From Sphagnum compactum (lineage: Eukaryota), in contig OZ234493.1 of the NCBI GenBank assembly GCA_965153455.1, positions 29,936,213 through 30,000,212 on the forward strand: a stretch of DNA of 64,000 bases. Reading direction: 5' to 3'. This document shows, piece after piece, positions 1 to 15,100 of this stretch. Numbering within the stretch: position 1 is the first letter of the stretch; each line of letters starts with the position of its first letter. Made by a program: the position numbers and the translations under genes. The notes under the pieces are model-generated. The model did not search any database, was not told the DNA's origin, and saw only the letters and a list, made by a program, of their open reading frames with translations.

Positions 1-183
1 AACAATTCTTTTCTGCAATTGCAAATTGGCCACTCTCTTTCTTACACACATGTTGGAGAGGAGAATGCCAATGCACACTTTTTTTTTCTTCCCTTCCCCC
101 AAAAGACTGCCATCATTGACTGATGATATTGACGTTGTTTTTTGGATGTGCGTTTGTATGTGTGTGTGTGTTTTTTCCTTCAC

Positions 184-3100
184 CTCTCCAGAGTTTAGAA
201 GATTGTTGATGTCCTCCACAAATCCTTCATTGGTGATCTGTGTATCACTGAACAAGAATACACTAGGTACTGCTGGTTCAGCTCCCGCCTTTTTGCACAT
301 GAGCATTAAGTCATCTCTCCACTCCACTCTTGTGTAGTTCTTACTGATCTCAACCTGCAATTTTGTTTTCCATGTTCAACAAACTCAATAGCAAATGGGT
401 TGTACTTGTACTAAACCCTAAACCCAATTAGCAGATTCATGAAGTACTTTCCTACTCTGCTACAGATGGCTGAACTTGTAATCAACTGTGCCTCTAATCA
501 AGGATGGGTTGTTCTTAATCTGTACCTCTAATCAAAGGATGGTTGTTGTTAATCAGTGCCTAATTATCAAGGATATAATCACAAGATTTTCTCTGTGATC
601 TTCACTAAAATTATTGTGCAGCAAAATCATCGGGTTTTTTTTTTGTTTTTGTTTTTTTTGGGGCACAAATGGAAATGAAAATCCTTTGCAGAAACAGAGG
701 GACAAGAGATTGGGTCAACAACAAAATCATGGGTTTCAAAAGTTTTAAACTTCATAAGTCACAAAGGGTCGATTCTGGAAAGGCACCCATATTCAGGATT
801 TACGTAGCAACCCAAATTGGACATGAATTCATGTCTAATGAATTCTGTTGGTCACCAAGTGTACAAAATTTCATGAGGGAGAAGTTAGAAGGCACATAAT
901 TTATCTAGCTCTAGTGCACTAGTACATTTTGGACTGATCTAAATTCAAAACCTGGAAAACTTCCATACTGTAAATAGCTGCACCAAGTCGGGTTAAGCTC
1001 TGCCGTCCAGAGCCTCCAACTCCAACTAGTAACATGTGGCCTCCTGGCTGCTTCAGGATGCGACAAATGCGAGAAACATGTTCAACCGCAAACAAGAAGA
1101 TGGCAAGATTCATTGGCCGCTTACTGACTCCATTGAAGTCATTCAAATACAATTCTGTTTGTTTTAGCAATGCAGCAATGTCTAGAATCTCATCATAGAG
1201 CCGAGCTTCTGGATCCTCAATCATGCAATCACCAAAAAAGCAGCTGCAAAAAACAAAACAAAACCCAAATTCCTTTTCATTATTTCAGCTCCAGCACATC
1301 ACAACAGCTCAAAAACTGAAAGCTGAAAAAAAATCACAACATACATGCATCACATAATGAGAGAGAATTCTATATATTACCGTCGTAATTCAAATTGAGT
1401 GATAACTTTTACACCATCCCCGAGAAGAGCACCAAACAATTGATCAAAATCTTGTTTGAAATGCTTCTTTGTGAGAGTACGGAGGTATTCAATCAACCAA
1501 TTCCGATCGCTATCATCAACCAAACGGTCATAAAAAACACGTAGAACTTCATGGACCCATAACCTTATATGCTGCAACTCACCAGGCTTTCCAATTGGAA
1601 CTGTCTCCGATTTTTGTAGCATCATTCCCTGGACAAATTGCAATCTTGGGTGGCCTTAGTGCTTTGCATATATCATCTATATGAGTTCAGGGATGATGTT
1701 CTTCACTGAAGCATATTTATATAAGTGTCAGGTTATGTTTCACCACATGAAAGATCCATTGTAATCACATTGTAAACACAACTGGAAAGACAAGAGAGTG
1801 AGAAATAATGTGGATCTAAGTATGCAAACATTGCAACAACAATTGGATTTGGGTTGATAAGCTTTTTGAGAACAAACAAAGCCAAAGCTAAAGCTTTTGA
1901 GTTTAAGCTCTTGAAAACCAACTTGGATCACACGAGCATAATCTCGCAAGTTGAAGGTGTAGTGGGACTTTGTAGGTGTGGGGAGCAATTTCTTCTTTGC
2001 CTCCTTAAAGACATCTAATGTAGCTTCTATCACAGGATTCAATAGGAGCATCACATCTTTCGAGAACTCATTCTTAACACTATAATGCCATCTCAAGATT
2101 GTCGAAAAGATTAAATGGAGTGAACTCTCACCCACCTGCAAGAATCCAAGTAAGATAATAGTGCATTTTTTTAAAAAACCCTTTTTTTCGTCCCTAAGGT
2201 TTGGTTGAAGCCATCATCCTCTTCAAAAATAACCAAAAGGATCCATGCCAACAAAGAGATACTATAATAAAGGAACACTATAATGCTCTCCATCTACTCG
2301 GGATGATCGAGCCGTTATAAACATATTAGTAAATGGCTTAACAATCAAGAATGGGTTGTTGTGTAAAATGCTTCGTCATACTCGTGATGTGATCAAGCCA
2401 CTATAAACATATTAGTGAATGGCTTAACAATCAAGAATGGGTTGTTGGGTAAAAAAATGCTTCCTCATACTCATGATGATCAAGCCACTATACACATATT
2501 AGTAAATGGCTTAACAATCAAGAATGGGTTATTGTGTAAATTGCTTCCTCATACTCATGATGATCAAGCCGCTATACACATATTAGTAAATGGCTTAACA
2601 ATCAAGAATGGGTTATTGTGTAAAATGCTTCCTTGTACTCGTGATGTGATCAAGCCACTATACACATATTAGTAAATGGCTTAACAATCAAGAATGGGTA
2701 GTTGTGTAAAATGCTTCCTCATACTCGGGATGTGATCAAGCCACTATAAACATATTAGTAAATGGCTTAACAATCAAGAATGGGTTGTTGTGTGTTTACG
2801 GGTTTAGGGTTTAAGCCCAATGAAAAGCAATGAAGAAGTTTGGTCTACTATTTGAGATAATGAAAAATTGTTTGGTTAATAACCTGAGCAACACCAATTT
2901 GATTGAAATATCGTAAATATCGATTAGTGACCAAATTTCTTCCTCCTCCCGGAGGACCCATAGCTGATATGAATTGACAATCAACAAGGGTACGGAAGTC
3001 ATTGTCTCTCCCATACCACCCTCCAAAATCCATGTATTGTCGAAGGAGCTCTATAGGTGGTTGTGCTCCATACACTTCAAGCTACATTGCAAAATGCACA

Positions 3101-6100
3101 TGATGATGAGAGGGAATGAAGTGTGTTTTCATTACATCAAGGGGTTCATTTCGAACTCAAACTTTGAATGCCGAGAGCCAAAAAGAAAATACTTAATGAA
3201 AACACATATTACCTGTGGCATATTTAGATCATCAACAAATATGATGCATCTTTTGCCGGGCAATGGACCATAGTGTCCTCGCTTTCTTCGATCGAGCGAG
3301 CCATCGATTTGATTTTGAACCATATTTGCGGTCGTCCGAGCGGAAAGAACAACAAGCAAAGTCGTAAAGAGTTCGCGGGACAAGCCTTTGAGAAGATGTC
3401 GATTCATATAGATCGTCTTGCCCGTACCCGTGCCGCCGACCAATAGAACCGGGCTGCCGTAAAGGATGCCCTTGTCGAGCAAAAACGTGTACCGCATTTG
3501 GTCCTTGGTGGGTATGATAATTTGGTCGAAAGACGAGTCCTCCGCGATTTCCATGGGGATGACGGTGTCGATCCAAGCTTTCCATTTACAAGTGGGTTTA
3601 TCGAAGGTGTAGTTATACACATCACTTCCTTGATCCGAAGGCATCATGTCGCACTTCAAATTCTCATGAACGGCCGGGACGACTAGGTCGAACCCGTCCG
3701 GGATAGTTCCGACCACTAAATTCCTTAAGAAAGTGTCGAATGTAGCGCGACCATCGGTGTCTCCGGTCGACCCAATCGACCAAACCAACGAGAACAAAAA
3801 GATGGAGTCGATCCATTTCACGAGCCTTTCATTCCCTACGTTCTTGAGCCCTTCATCCGTCTTGATCTCGTCGATTAGGCTATAGAACGTTCGCATCAAC
3901 GACGCTACTAACGACGCATCGGCCGTCGGAGAGATTTCCTTGATGTTTTTGCGAACACAACGTAATGCTCCCGATACCATCCACTCGAAAAGGCCTTGAA
4001 GATGCTTCTTGTTGTCGCTCGAGATCGTTCCGGGTAATGTGTTCAACCATGATGCCATTAAAGGTTGCCACCCCATTTGATGTGGCTCCAAATACACCAT
4101 CCCACATCGGCTCACCGTAGCCGGTGATGCAACCGCAAGATCCCCCACCTTTAAAATTTTTTAGGGTTTAGGGTTTTAGGGTTTAGGGTTTACACCCCAC
4201 ATCATGTCATGTTATATACAAAAAAACTCGAAAGAAAAAAAAAAAGGAATTATTTTAAATGGTGACACTACTCTCATGTTGGCAAAAATCGTGGGAAAGT
4301 CACTTACATTATTATTCCTAATAAAAATTAGGTCGGTTCAAAATTAGGTATTTGATTATCATTTTGGAGGTTTTTTTTTTTTTTGAAAATTTAGAAATAT
4401 AAACTATGCCGACAAAAAACTAATTCTTGAGAGAAAAATAAAATAAAAATTATATAAAATTATTTTTAAAAAATTGATTTTTTAAAAGCTTATTATTATT
4501 ACCTCGAAGATCATGTTCATTGATGAAGACATTTGAATGATTTCCGAGTTTGGAAGACAAAGCTTCTTGTTGTCGTCTAACACCGTATTCATATTCTCGA
4601 TCCAAATTGCATCGACGGGGCCATCGAGTATGATCCATTTTCGATCGTTTGTAGGTTCCGAAGCTTGTTCACGAAACCGAACAGCCAGCACTCCATCTTG
4701 CCATTCATTCGTCATCGGGTCGGCTTGCCCGTACAATTGTCCCATTGTGACCGATTTTGGATTAACTGTCGAAACCTGTATTGAATCCATTCCGCCACAC
4801 CCCCCCCCCCCTCCCCCCGCACAAATAATTTGAAAATCACCTACCCGAATAAAAAAGAAATTACGATTAGAATAAAAAAGAATTTCGGTCGTTTTTGTAG
4901 GGGAACGGTTAGGTAACATTGGTGAGATAGATTAATTTGTTTTTCGGGGGTTAGGGAACTCAACTTACGTATACTTTCCGCTCTTTGTTGTTTCCCCATT
5001 GTGACATATCGGTGAGTGCACGTTGAAGAACACGAATGGCGCAAGTTTTGCCCGAATACGAGAGACCCACGAGCATAAGTCCATGCCGGACGATAATCAT
5101 CTCATAAAGTTGGATGAGTTTTAGGTTGAAGTAGGCGGTGAACTGCAAATTCATTTGCTTGCAATTCTCGGACATGGCTTTGTTTATCAAGGTATAATCG
5201 GGTTCAGGAAGAACCACACCCGGGAACAAATCGGACACGATCCCATTGAATAACGGCACATCTTGAGACAAAAACTTACATAGGTTGACATCAATGATCG
5301 ATCGGAGCATGAGAATAAACTCCTCTTCGTCGGGGTATCTTTGTTTGAGATTCGATGCCGCCCGTAACACCGCCATTACGGCTCTCATACCGTAGTCATA
5401 GTGATCTTGACTCGAGAGTTGTTCACTACAAAGACGGTATGTTGCTACAATTTTTCGTGCACAATCTCGAGCCTTCAAAAAGAAAACACCACAAATTTTT
5501 TTAATTTTTTTTTAAAAAAAAATTCATGCTCAATCTCAAGTCTTCAAAAGAAAACCCAACCCAATTTTATTTATTTTTCAATTAAAAAATCAAATACAAT
5601 TTTAGACCTAGAAAATTGGAGAAGTTTGAACCCCAAAAAATTCAATTGTAAGAATTGGATCTATGGGGAAAATGAGCTCGGAAAATTGATGAGCTTGTGG
5701 TAAAAAATTGATCGGGACGTATTATTTATACCTGTAAGTAGCCACTACTATAAAGCATGATCTCGCTAATCATAGCGTAATCGGGAACCATCATAGCGAC
5801 GGTCCGAAAGAGGGCCTTCAAGTTATCTGGCAACTCGGATCTACCCGCATAGCCCGGGTTCATTGTAATGAACACATTGCAAGTAGGTTTGAGAATCAAC
5901 TCCGAACCCTCAAATACAAAAGTCTTCACTTTGTTTTGCACCGCAAGCTGAATCTCCAACACCTGAACAAGGCATCACAAACACGCTGGCCCTGCCAATA
6001 GATAAGATGTTGTACGTCTACTACTACGTATTGTTTAAACCCTAAATCCATTCCAATCTAAGCAATTAAAACCCTAAATCCATTTCCAATCTAAGCAATT

Positions 6101-9100
6101 ACTAAACAATTTAAACCCTAAATCCATTCCAATCTAAGCAGTCTAAACACTTTCAACCAAAAACTTGGTTCATCTTATGTGAAGCCGATTCTAATAAGAT
6201 AAAACTTCCAAAAGTTGGATCCAATGCGATAGTCCCCATGGCCCAACAAAACCCCCCCACAATTATCATATCTAAGTCCCCCCCCCCCCCCCCCCCCCCA
6301 AAGGAAAAAAATTTAGGAAAAAAGAAAAAAGGAAACCTCCCTCCAAGTTTAGGGTTTAGGGTTTAGTAGCTACAAATAATGAAGAACAAATTAGACCCTC
6401 AAAGAACCTTAAACCCTAAACCCTATTTTCACAAACACAACATTAGCATGATGAATGAATTAGTGTATGGGGGAAAATCAATGAGTTTATAGTCTTCTTA
6501 CTTGTTGAGCAACCACCGACAACACTTCGAGATCGATTCGATTGAACTCGTCAAAGCAAGCCCAAGCACCGGATGCGGCAAGTCCTTTAAAGAATTTGGC
6601 CATGGCTAAATAGTCTAGACTATCTGAACAATTGAACACAACACATTGCCGAGCTAGCGCCTACACCGACATACATACACAACCCATGCCCAAACAAAAA
6701 GATCACTTGCAATTACCCACATCAAGACTTTACATCTAGAGACTCCATGATCAAACCCGCATTAATTAATTAATAAACAAGGGGTGTGTTGCACTTTGGC
6801 CTTGCCATCTACATTAAAAAGTATCTTAAGGCAAAAGAAGAATTATGGAAATTCAAATATTTCACCATGCAAAAAATATATATAATCTTCAAAAAATCCT
6901 CTAAAAGAAATCAAATTGCTTCAAGATATTATAACTCCATTATAACTAATCTCAAGTTTCAACACAAGCCAAAATATATCATCTTTCAAAAATCCTCCTA
7001 TAAAAATAGACCTATTATTATTACCTAGTAGGGGCCAAAATCCCTTAAGCTACTATGTAGTCTATAATGAATCTAACCACAATATTGTTGCCTTGGTAGG
7101 CAAGGCCAATAAGGGCTTTTTATAATAAAAAGTCCTTTGTTTTCATACAATTTTTTTGTTGCAATTGTAGTCTTTCTTTGTACCTTAGCCAAGTCCTTTG
7201 TGGTCTCAGTTTTGCCAGTTCCAGCCGGACCTTCGGGAGCGCCTCCTAAATTCAAGTGAATGGCACCCATCAAAGTACGGTAACACCTACATACATACAT
7301 ATATATACATACATACATATATACAAATTCCACAAGATGGCATGAAATGGGTAAGTAATTTAATTAGGGAGTAAGATGACAAAACTCGCACTACATTTGC
7401 ATGAAATCCTTTAACTATGGAACCCTAAATAAACCCTAAATTGCTTTCTTGAAGAGGAAAAGAAGTTGAATGCATCAAAATGACTTCTTTCCAAAGAGAA
7501 AGACAAATAAAAGACCAAACTTTTGAGTAATTAACGGTTTTTTATTTAATTTGATTTTTTTTGAGTCGTTAATTGAAAGATTATCAACATTCTCCAATCT
7601 ATAAAAAAATGTGAGAAAAACAAGCCAAAGATTTGAAGCTTATGTTGTTACCTATCCGTAAGGGGTGTAATCACCAATCTACTCGAGTTGCCCAAATACT
7701 CATACCCATATTCGATTCCGGCATTCATCATACGCACCATACAAGTATTATTCTCCCAATACATACGCAATTGGCTTTGCCAAAGGAAATCGGTCTCTTG
7801 GCTTACATTCTCCCTCGCCATCAAAGCTATGGTATCGCGAGCATGGACATCCATCACCACGAGAGCACTAAGTGTCAATCTATTCATATTCGTGAGTTCT
7901 CCTCGCACTAAATTCACAATCCCTCCTAATTGCAATGTACAAAACTTTTCAAAGAGAGGAACCGCGTCTCCACCTTTGATGATGGCTTCAGTTGCATCAC
8001 TTGTCCAATAAATTGCACTCACCACGAGTACAACTTGTCCAGGCCATTGCAACACCCAAATTTGTCTATCTACATTCGCATATGCCTCTACACCTCGACA
8101 ACATTGATCTTGTACAGATTGAACCATGCCTTCTTCCACCTAACATAAATGAATACATTGTTATACAATCAAAGACACCCAAAAATGCATGCATGGTTTT
8201 TACCAAATTAAGTTCATTACCACCATTTTTTCAATCTCAAGTATATATTTATTTGCGACTTCACATAGATCTTCATATCATGTGCGTGCAATACAAACAA
8301 ACTACTCCTTCAACACCCACCCATTTGTTTGGTTGAGGAAAAATGAAAATTGGAGTTTAATACAATGCTACACTCTTGAATAAATTGTTCTATCACATGT
8401 GCTTGTCTTAAGATCATTTTTCCAATCTCAAGTAGGTTTATTTCTATTAACTTTACATAGATCTACATATCAAGTGTGTGCAATACAAATTATTGCTCCT
8501 TCAACACCCACCCATTTGTTTGATTGAGTGGGTGGGGGGGGGAGGGACTTACAATGCTTCAACAATGTTAAGACACTCTTGAATAAATTGTTGTATCAGA
8601 TTTTGTGTGAGTAATCAAGACTAAAAAAACTAAGACAATTTTAGGCTTTTATGAACTTGAGAAGGTTAGTGCTACCCAAATCGTGAAAAAGCTCAAAACT
8701 TGCAACTTCAAAAGTGTGATTCTTCTCATAGCAACCAAAGAGACACAACCCAATAAATTATGTCCATGCAGAAGGTTCCAAATCATGGAATGACCAAGTA
8801 ATTGTGTGTTTGCTAGTTATTTAGTCAATGGATTTGGGAGTTGCTTGAGATGAAATTTTATTACTTGTAGAAGCCATCGTTCCACGGCTCCTTGGGCAGT
8901 TTTGGGATTGAACTTGTCGACAAGGGGAACAATTTCTCCTTCAGCTGAGATCATAGCAGTGATGTCAAGATTGTGTTCAAATTGTAGTAAGCTGATTCCT
9001 TCAAAACATTTTTTCAAGTGTGGTTGCACTCGTAGTGGGTCTTTTGTCTCAGACAAAATCTCCAACATCTCATCATTTGAGAGGAAAAAGAATCGAGGAA

Positions 9101-12100
9101 AAGCAATACGTTTCACCTATAAAATTGCAAACCAAAAACCCCACACACACACATTCACATAAACACCCTCTTCAAATACATCCCAACCAAAACCATGTAA
9201 ATATAACAATGTGTGAATCATTGCTTCCTTTGAAGATTCACTAGAAAAACACACACACCCATGAGGAGCAACAATTAAACTCAACAAGGATTTACTTATT
9301 TCCCACATATTTAACATGATTGTATACTTTAATCAACATCAATTTCATCATCTAATCAAACATTGTGAAAATCTTTAAGATTGATAATGGAAGTTATTCT
9401 TTACTAATAATACCTCCCAATCAAGGTTTTTTTTTTTTTTTTTTTTTTTGGGGTGGGGGTCAATTTTTTGTGTAGAATCATTAACAAGCATTCAAGAAAG
9501 ACCTAGCATTAACTAATGACAAGCTTTTAGAAAAAACATTCAAAAAATAGAAAATTGGCAAAAAAAAACTACCCACTAACAAATTAATTGAAATGTGGTG
9601 AAATTTTCCCCCAAGAACTTTTTTCTTGAATTTTTTATTCAAAAATCTGCCACTGAGTAAATAACACTACTCCCAAGTATTGAAATTTACCTCCAAGTAT
9701 TGAGCAAGACCTTTGTTGACAAGCTCAAGAAGACGATTCGCCTCAATCAATTTGTTAAGCCTTTCGGTATCTTTTGCAGCTTCCAAACAATCGGGATTCG
9801 CAAATGTTTTCTTCATGACATCGCGCCAAGTTTGATCTACGGTTTGAAAGAGCTCTCCTTCGGTTGGCATTTGCCTCATGATATCACGAGACCCAAATAT
9901 GGGACCCAAGTATTGCCATGTTCCTTGGCAATTCAACCAATTATCGACTAAGGATTGTAAGTCCAATACTATTGTACGCCATGCAAAAGCTTGCGTTTCA
10001 AATGGTTTGATAAATGGAGACGCACACATTGAAAGGATTTTCACAATTTGTTCATCCAAAATCATTTGAATGTCATCAATGCCTCCCACAATGTATGTCC
10101 CCGAATCCTTGTATGGCAACACAAGGAACTCAATGCCCTCCCAATCCTTCAACATTTTTTCTAGTGATTTCTCAAATGAGTACTCCTTACTAGCAGCTCC
10201 ACTTAGGTTCCGGACCTACAAAATCGAAGTACAACCAAATGATCTTTATTTATTTTTCCTCCCTTGACCAACATAATTTTTTTTCGGGGCAAATCTTCAC
10301 CACTTGGAAACATAAAAATAAATCCATTGCATCTCATACAAAGCCAAGTATTTTGGCTTGTAATTGTGAAGAACTCTCAACTTAAAAATGAAGTCCATAG
10401 GTTTCAAGGTGTGGGTTTGAAGTAGCAAATTTACCTAGAGTCCATAGTGCACCCATTCATGGGGTTAAGTACATTAAGGGGGTGAGAGAGGAAATTATTG
10501 CAAGTATTTTACCTCTTCAATTTTGCTCATTATGTCATATGAGAGCAAGTCATTGGTACTAAAGGGAAGTTCGGAAGAGTAGGGTTGGCCAAGTAATGTA
10601 AAGATTTGCTTCCAATGTCGCTCTTTCAATGCGGGATTTGCGACTTCTTCCATGAGTGTTACATATTTTTTGAAGTCATCAATCGTATCCTTGAGTCTAT
10701 ACACAACCGTATCTTCTTTGTTTGCCTTGCCCATTCGGAAGGCGTCCTTAGCGTATTCATCCGTTTTGCTGATTATCAAGGGGGCCTTCAGCTCTTGAAC
10801 ATGGCAAGTCCGCCAATTTGTTGTCATTAGGATCCAATCGTTTAGAGCCTTCCATACATTCCACCTTGAGGCGAACTCTTTTTGTGTCATTGCTAGGTTC
10901 CCCATATCGTCGACCGCCATCTACAAATAGAGAAAGAAAAAAATTCGCATAATTTATTTTTAAAAAGAGGAACTACCCAACATTTGTATAATTAATAATC
11001 TCTTTTAAAAAATTACAATAAATGAAAAATCTTGAAGTTTTTTTTTTTTTCTTTTAAAAAGAAGGCACTTCGAATGAGGGTAAATATTGACATTCATCTC
11101 ATGTATAATTAATTTGGTAGCAAAATAATAATACCATCATCCCAACACTAGGGTTAACCCAAAAAATACAAAGAGTGACCTTCATAAGGCCCTTCCAAGG
11201 GACGTTATTTTACATAAATTTTGAGTGTGTGGATGAATGATTGGATGGAAATTCTAGTATAATAAACCTGGAAAAGTTTTTGGTAACCCTTGTAGCGGTC
11301 AACCGTCTCCACAATCTCTTGAATACGTTCGTTGATTTTGGTGAGATCGGCAACAACTTCAGCCGGATCTGATTCGGGGATCAAGAATTTGCCGGAATGA
11401 AGCGTGCCCAATATGGTCATAAGCTCCTCGCTTATGAGGTTAACTTGCTTGTCGAGATCGGCCATTTGAGCATTCTTGTGTCTCTCGATGAAGAAATCGG
11501 CGGCCTCAATCGAGTCCTCGTATTTTCCCACGACTTCATGCAAATCGTCTAATTTGACTTGATCGTTAGTCGGAATCTTTACCTCATATGCGGCTAGCAA
11601 TGAATACATGTCATCGATTACGGACGCATCTTGAAGTGATTGCTTTTTACCCTCCATCATTTTCAAATACAACTGCAAGAGAAAAAAAAATTAAAAAAAT
11701 TCCACCGACCCTCCCCCCGGAAAAAAAAACATTAGATAGGGTGACCCTCCCCCCGGAAAAAAAAAACATTAGATAGGGTTTTCTATTTTGGATTGTTTGG
11801 TGCTATAAAAATTTGGAGAATTTTTTTCATCCTGAGGCTCAATAGCCCCCCAGTTTTCAGGTAGAAAACTTGACTACTTACCAGAGTTATCTGTAAAGTA
11901 ACCCTCTCTTCACCCTGTCTTTGGGCCTCCTTTCACTCCCTATCCCCTCTTTCAGTGGTATACACAAAGTAAAGACAGTATGAAACTCAGTTTACCACCA
12001 AAATTGATCGTTTTCTGAGCATTCATCCCCAGTTGAATGCTAATGTACTTTTTTTTTTTGCAGGTTTTTTTTTGAATCTCACCCTGTGTATGACCAAACA

Positions 12101-15100
12101 CAGGGTTATGGTGCAGTGTTTTTCTTACTTTATATGGATAACTCTAACTGCATGGGGGGGAAAAAAATTTTAAAAATTGTTTCCTTACAGTGACAAAGTT
12201 TACGAAAGCATCCAGTTGCAGAGGTCGAATCTCAAGTTGTCGGATTCGGTCTTGAAATGTGTTGAGCACCGAGAGCGTCTCGTCCCTCGCATTTTTTATC
12301 AACAATGCTATGATTGTGTCCAAAGTCCGCACTGTAATTGGAATTAGATGATTTCTCAACGACTTTGAGTCGACTTGCAAAACACCAATGACACTGCATC
12401 ATCCGTCACAAATCATGGATGATTTCCATTCTTCCAAAAGTTTCATCCAATCTCACTAAAGACAATAACATATATATATATATATAATCACCTTCATTGG
12501 CTTAATCCTTTTTCTTACTAAGCTTTAAGGAAATTATTATTTTTATAAAAAAATTATAGGTTTTTTATTCCCTTGGAGGAAGGACCCCAAAATTTTTTAT
12601 AACATATCGTAATTAATTAACTACTAAATAAACCCATACCTCCCAATACGCATTTTCTCAAGCTGAATTCGGTTTTCACGTTCTTTGGACATTGCGTCTC
12701 TATATGTTCGCACCGATCTAGGCACAGCTGCATAAGCCTCATAGTTCCACGACTCCCCGAATGCAAACAAGGTTCGATGTTCCTCAAATATCTAAGATGG
12801 ATAACCCCCACCATGCCGCATTTATTTTATTTATTTATTTATTTATTTATTTGGGGGGCAGGGGGGGCGGCGATTTTGTGATATAAAAAAGTTGGTGAAA
12901 ATATCCAAAAACAAATTGTCAAAATTAGTCGAATTTACACTAGAAAATCAAAGCATTTGTGATATATAAAACGCAATTGAAAATACCATATTGTGGAAAT
13001 TATATACCCACTTGCGTATATGCTCGCGCTTCCATGAAGTCGAGCTTCACAACGGTAGCTATACGTTCGCAAACAAGTGCAAAATAAGAATTCCCCTTGA
13101 TGATATTGATAGGAGATATGCCGGTGAACTTTGTTTCAAAGTACCCCGAAAAAATCCGCATGTATAATATGCGCGGTGCCGATTGCACTAACTGAAGTAG
13201 CCCTTCAATTGTATTGTGAAGAGCCTACAAACAAAGTGGTGTGTTCGAATTTTTATTCTTTTCCAAAAAAAAAATTCACGGGTTTTTTAACCCCCAATTT
13301 TATGATGTAGCCAAATTGCTGATCATCCATAAGAAGATTTAGCCAAATTTGGCCATAGACTAACCATATATGAAAAAATAATAATTAATTAATTAATTTG
13401 GCGTCTTGTTGGAACCTATTGTAAAAATTTGATGATTTCATTTTTTTGTTTTAAAATTAATGCCATTCTTTTTAACAAAAATCCTTTGTACAATGTGTAA
13501 AATCAAAATTTTAAGGTGAAAATTATGTGAAAATTTGCCCCAAAAAGGCACTCATTATATTAGTATTAAATAATAATAACAATAATAATAATAATAATAA
13601 TAAAATACTCAAGTGAAAGTGTTATTAAATTACTACTAACTAACCCCAAGAATATCACGCTCGTTAGGAACAAATTCAATTGTTGTCGGGCCGAACGAAA
13701 CGGCCGTAGTAAATACACCCTTTGGTGATTTCTCCATTCCGGATCGGCAGATCTCGAGCATGCCTAACAATTCTTCGGTCGATGTTACGCACCGATGGCT
13801 CAAATGCTCGACGAATATGTAATCGGCGAGACGGATGAAATTTCCGAGCATCTTTTCCTCCACCATTACTCGGCGATACGATTTCGCTCTCTCGATTTTC
13901 TCGGCCTTGATGCTCACCATGCTCTGTGCCTTGTTCTTTCCGGTCGCGTGCAAATTGACTCCAACCGTGTCGTCCAATTCGGATTCATCCCTCACACTTT
14001 CCTGGCGATATCAAATATAAAAATTTTACACCCCTGCCCGGTGTTTTTTTTTGGGACATTTTTTTGTTTTTTCTTTTTTGACCAAAAAATTGGGAAAAAG
14101 GAATTTTTTTGGAAAAAAAATTGGAACTTTCGTTGGGGAATTTTTGCCAAATTTTTAATATATCTAAAAATTGGGGGCAAAAAAAGAAAAGAAAATACCC
14201 TGCCCATGACACTAAAAAAACACCCTGAAGACTTGAAGAGTCCATTTCAGAGTCATCTGTAAAAGTAGGGGCTACTTAGCCCCAGTTTCTATCAAAATTG
14301 GGGACCGAATCAAAAGTCAGTATGAAAGAAGAAAAGGGACTAGGTCATTTTTTTCTCACACCTAAATTTGGTCCTCACAACAGTTTCACCCTCCAGGTCT
14401 TTAGTTTGCACCTGACTTATTATGCAAAGTAGGGGGCTATTGTGCCCTAATTTCATTGAGATTAGGGGACCAAATCAAAAGTGAGGATGAAAAAAGTAAA
14501 TGGAAACAAAGGAAAGGGGGGTAAAAAAAAGAAAAGAAGAGAAGACCAAACTTTTGTTTTGCTCACCTAAAACTCACCACAAGAGTTTTGGTGGTCCCCA
14601 AGAGTTTTCAACCGGAGTTTTAGATTTCATTGTTGCACCTTCTTCTTCATTGCTACTAATAAATTTATTCATGAAATCTTTTGCATTTTCATTTTGGACG
14701 AAAAAAACTTTTTGGATGAAATGATTTAAATTTATTTTTTTCCAAATTGGTTTTTAATTTTTGAAAAAAAATCATTTTTCATGATAATTGTGAGGAGAGA
14801 AATGAAATTTTTTTACCCGATAAATTTGAGCTTGTCGTTTTGCTTCTTCACAAATTTTGGCGAGTACAACTTGACATTTTTCAGCAATAGCATCAACATC
14901 GGCAATTGCTTTGTGCTTTTGAAGCTCGACTTGGAGATGGCAAAATTCATCCAATTGATGTAGATGATTTTGCGAAACATGAACCAAAGGAAGTTCTCTC
15001 AACTCACAAATGTAGGCGTACACTTTCATCAGCGCGCCAATAAACTGAGGCTTGGCGAAAAAGAATTTTTTGGAAAGGCTCGAGCACACACGATTGAACT

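Noticed and set aside
2295-2793. CRISPR-like regularly spaced repeats (also 44779-45016, 48080-48328, 52548-52808)
   Set aside because: Whole units repeat with no unique spacers, no cas genes are present, and the context is eukaryotic intronic or intergenic DNA. These are minisatellites.
11790-12105. Tourist-like MITE bounded by tgtttggt/accaaaca
   Set aside because: Only an 8-bp inverted match and no convincing TSD; probably repeat-derived, but the ends are unsupported.
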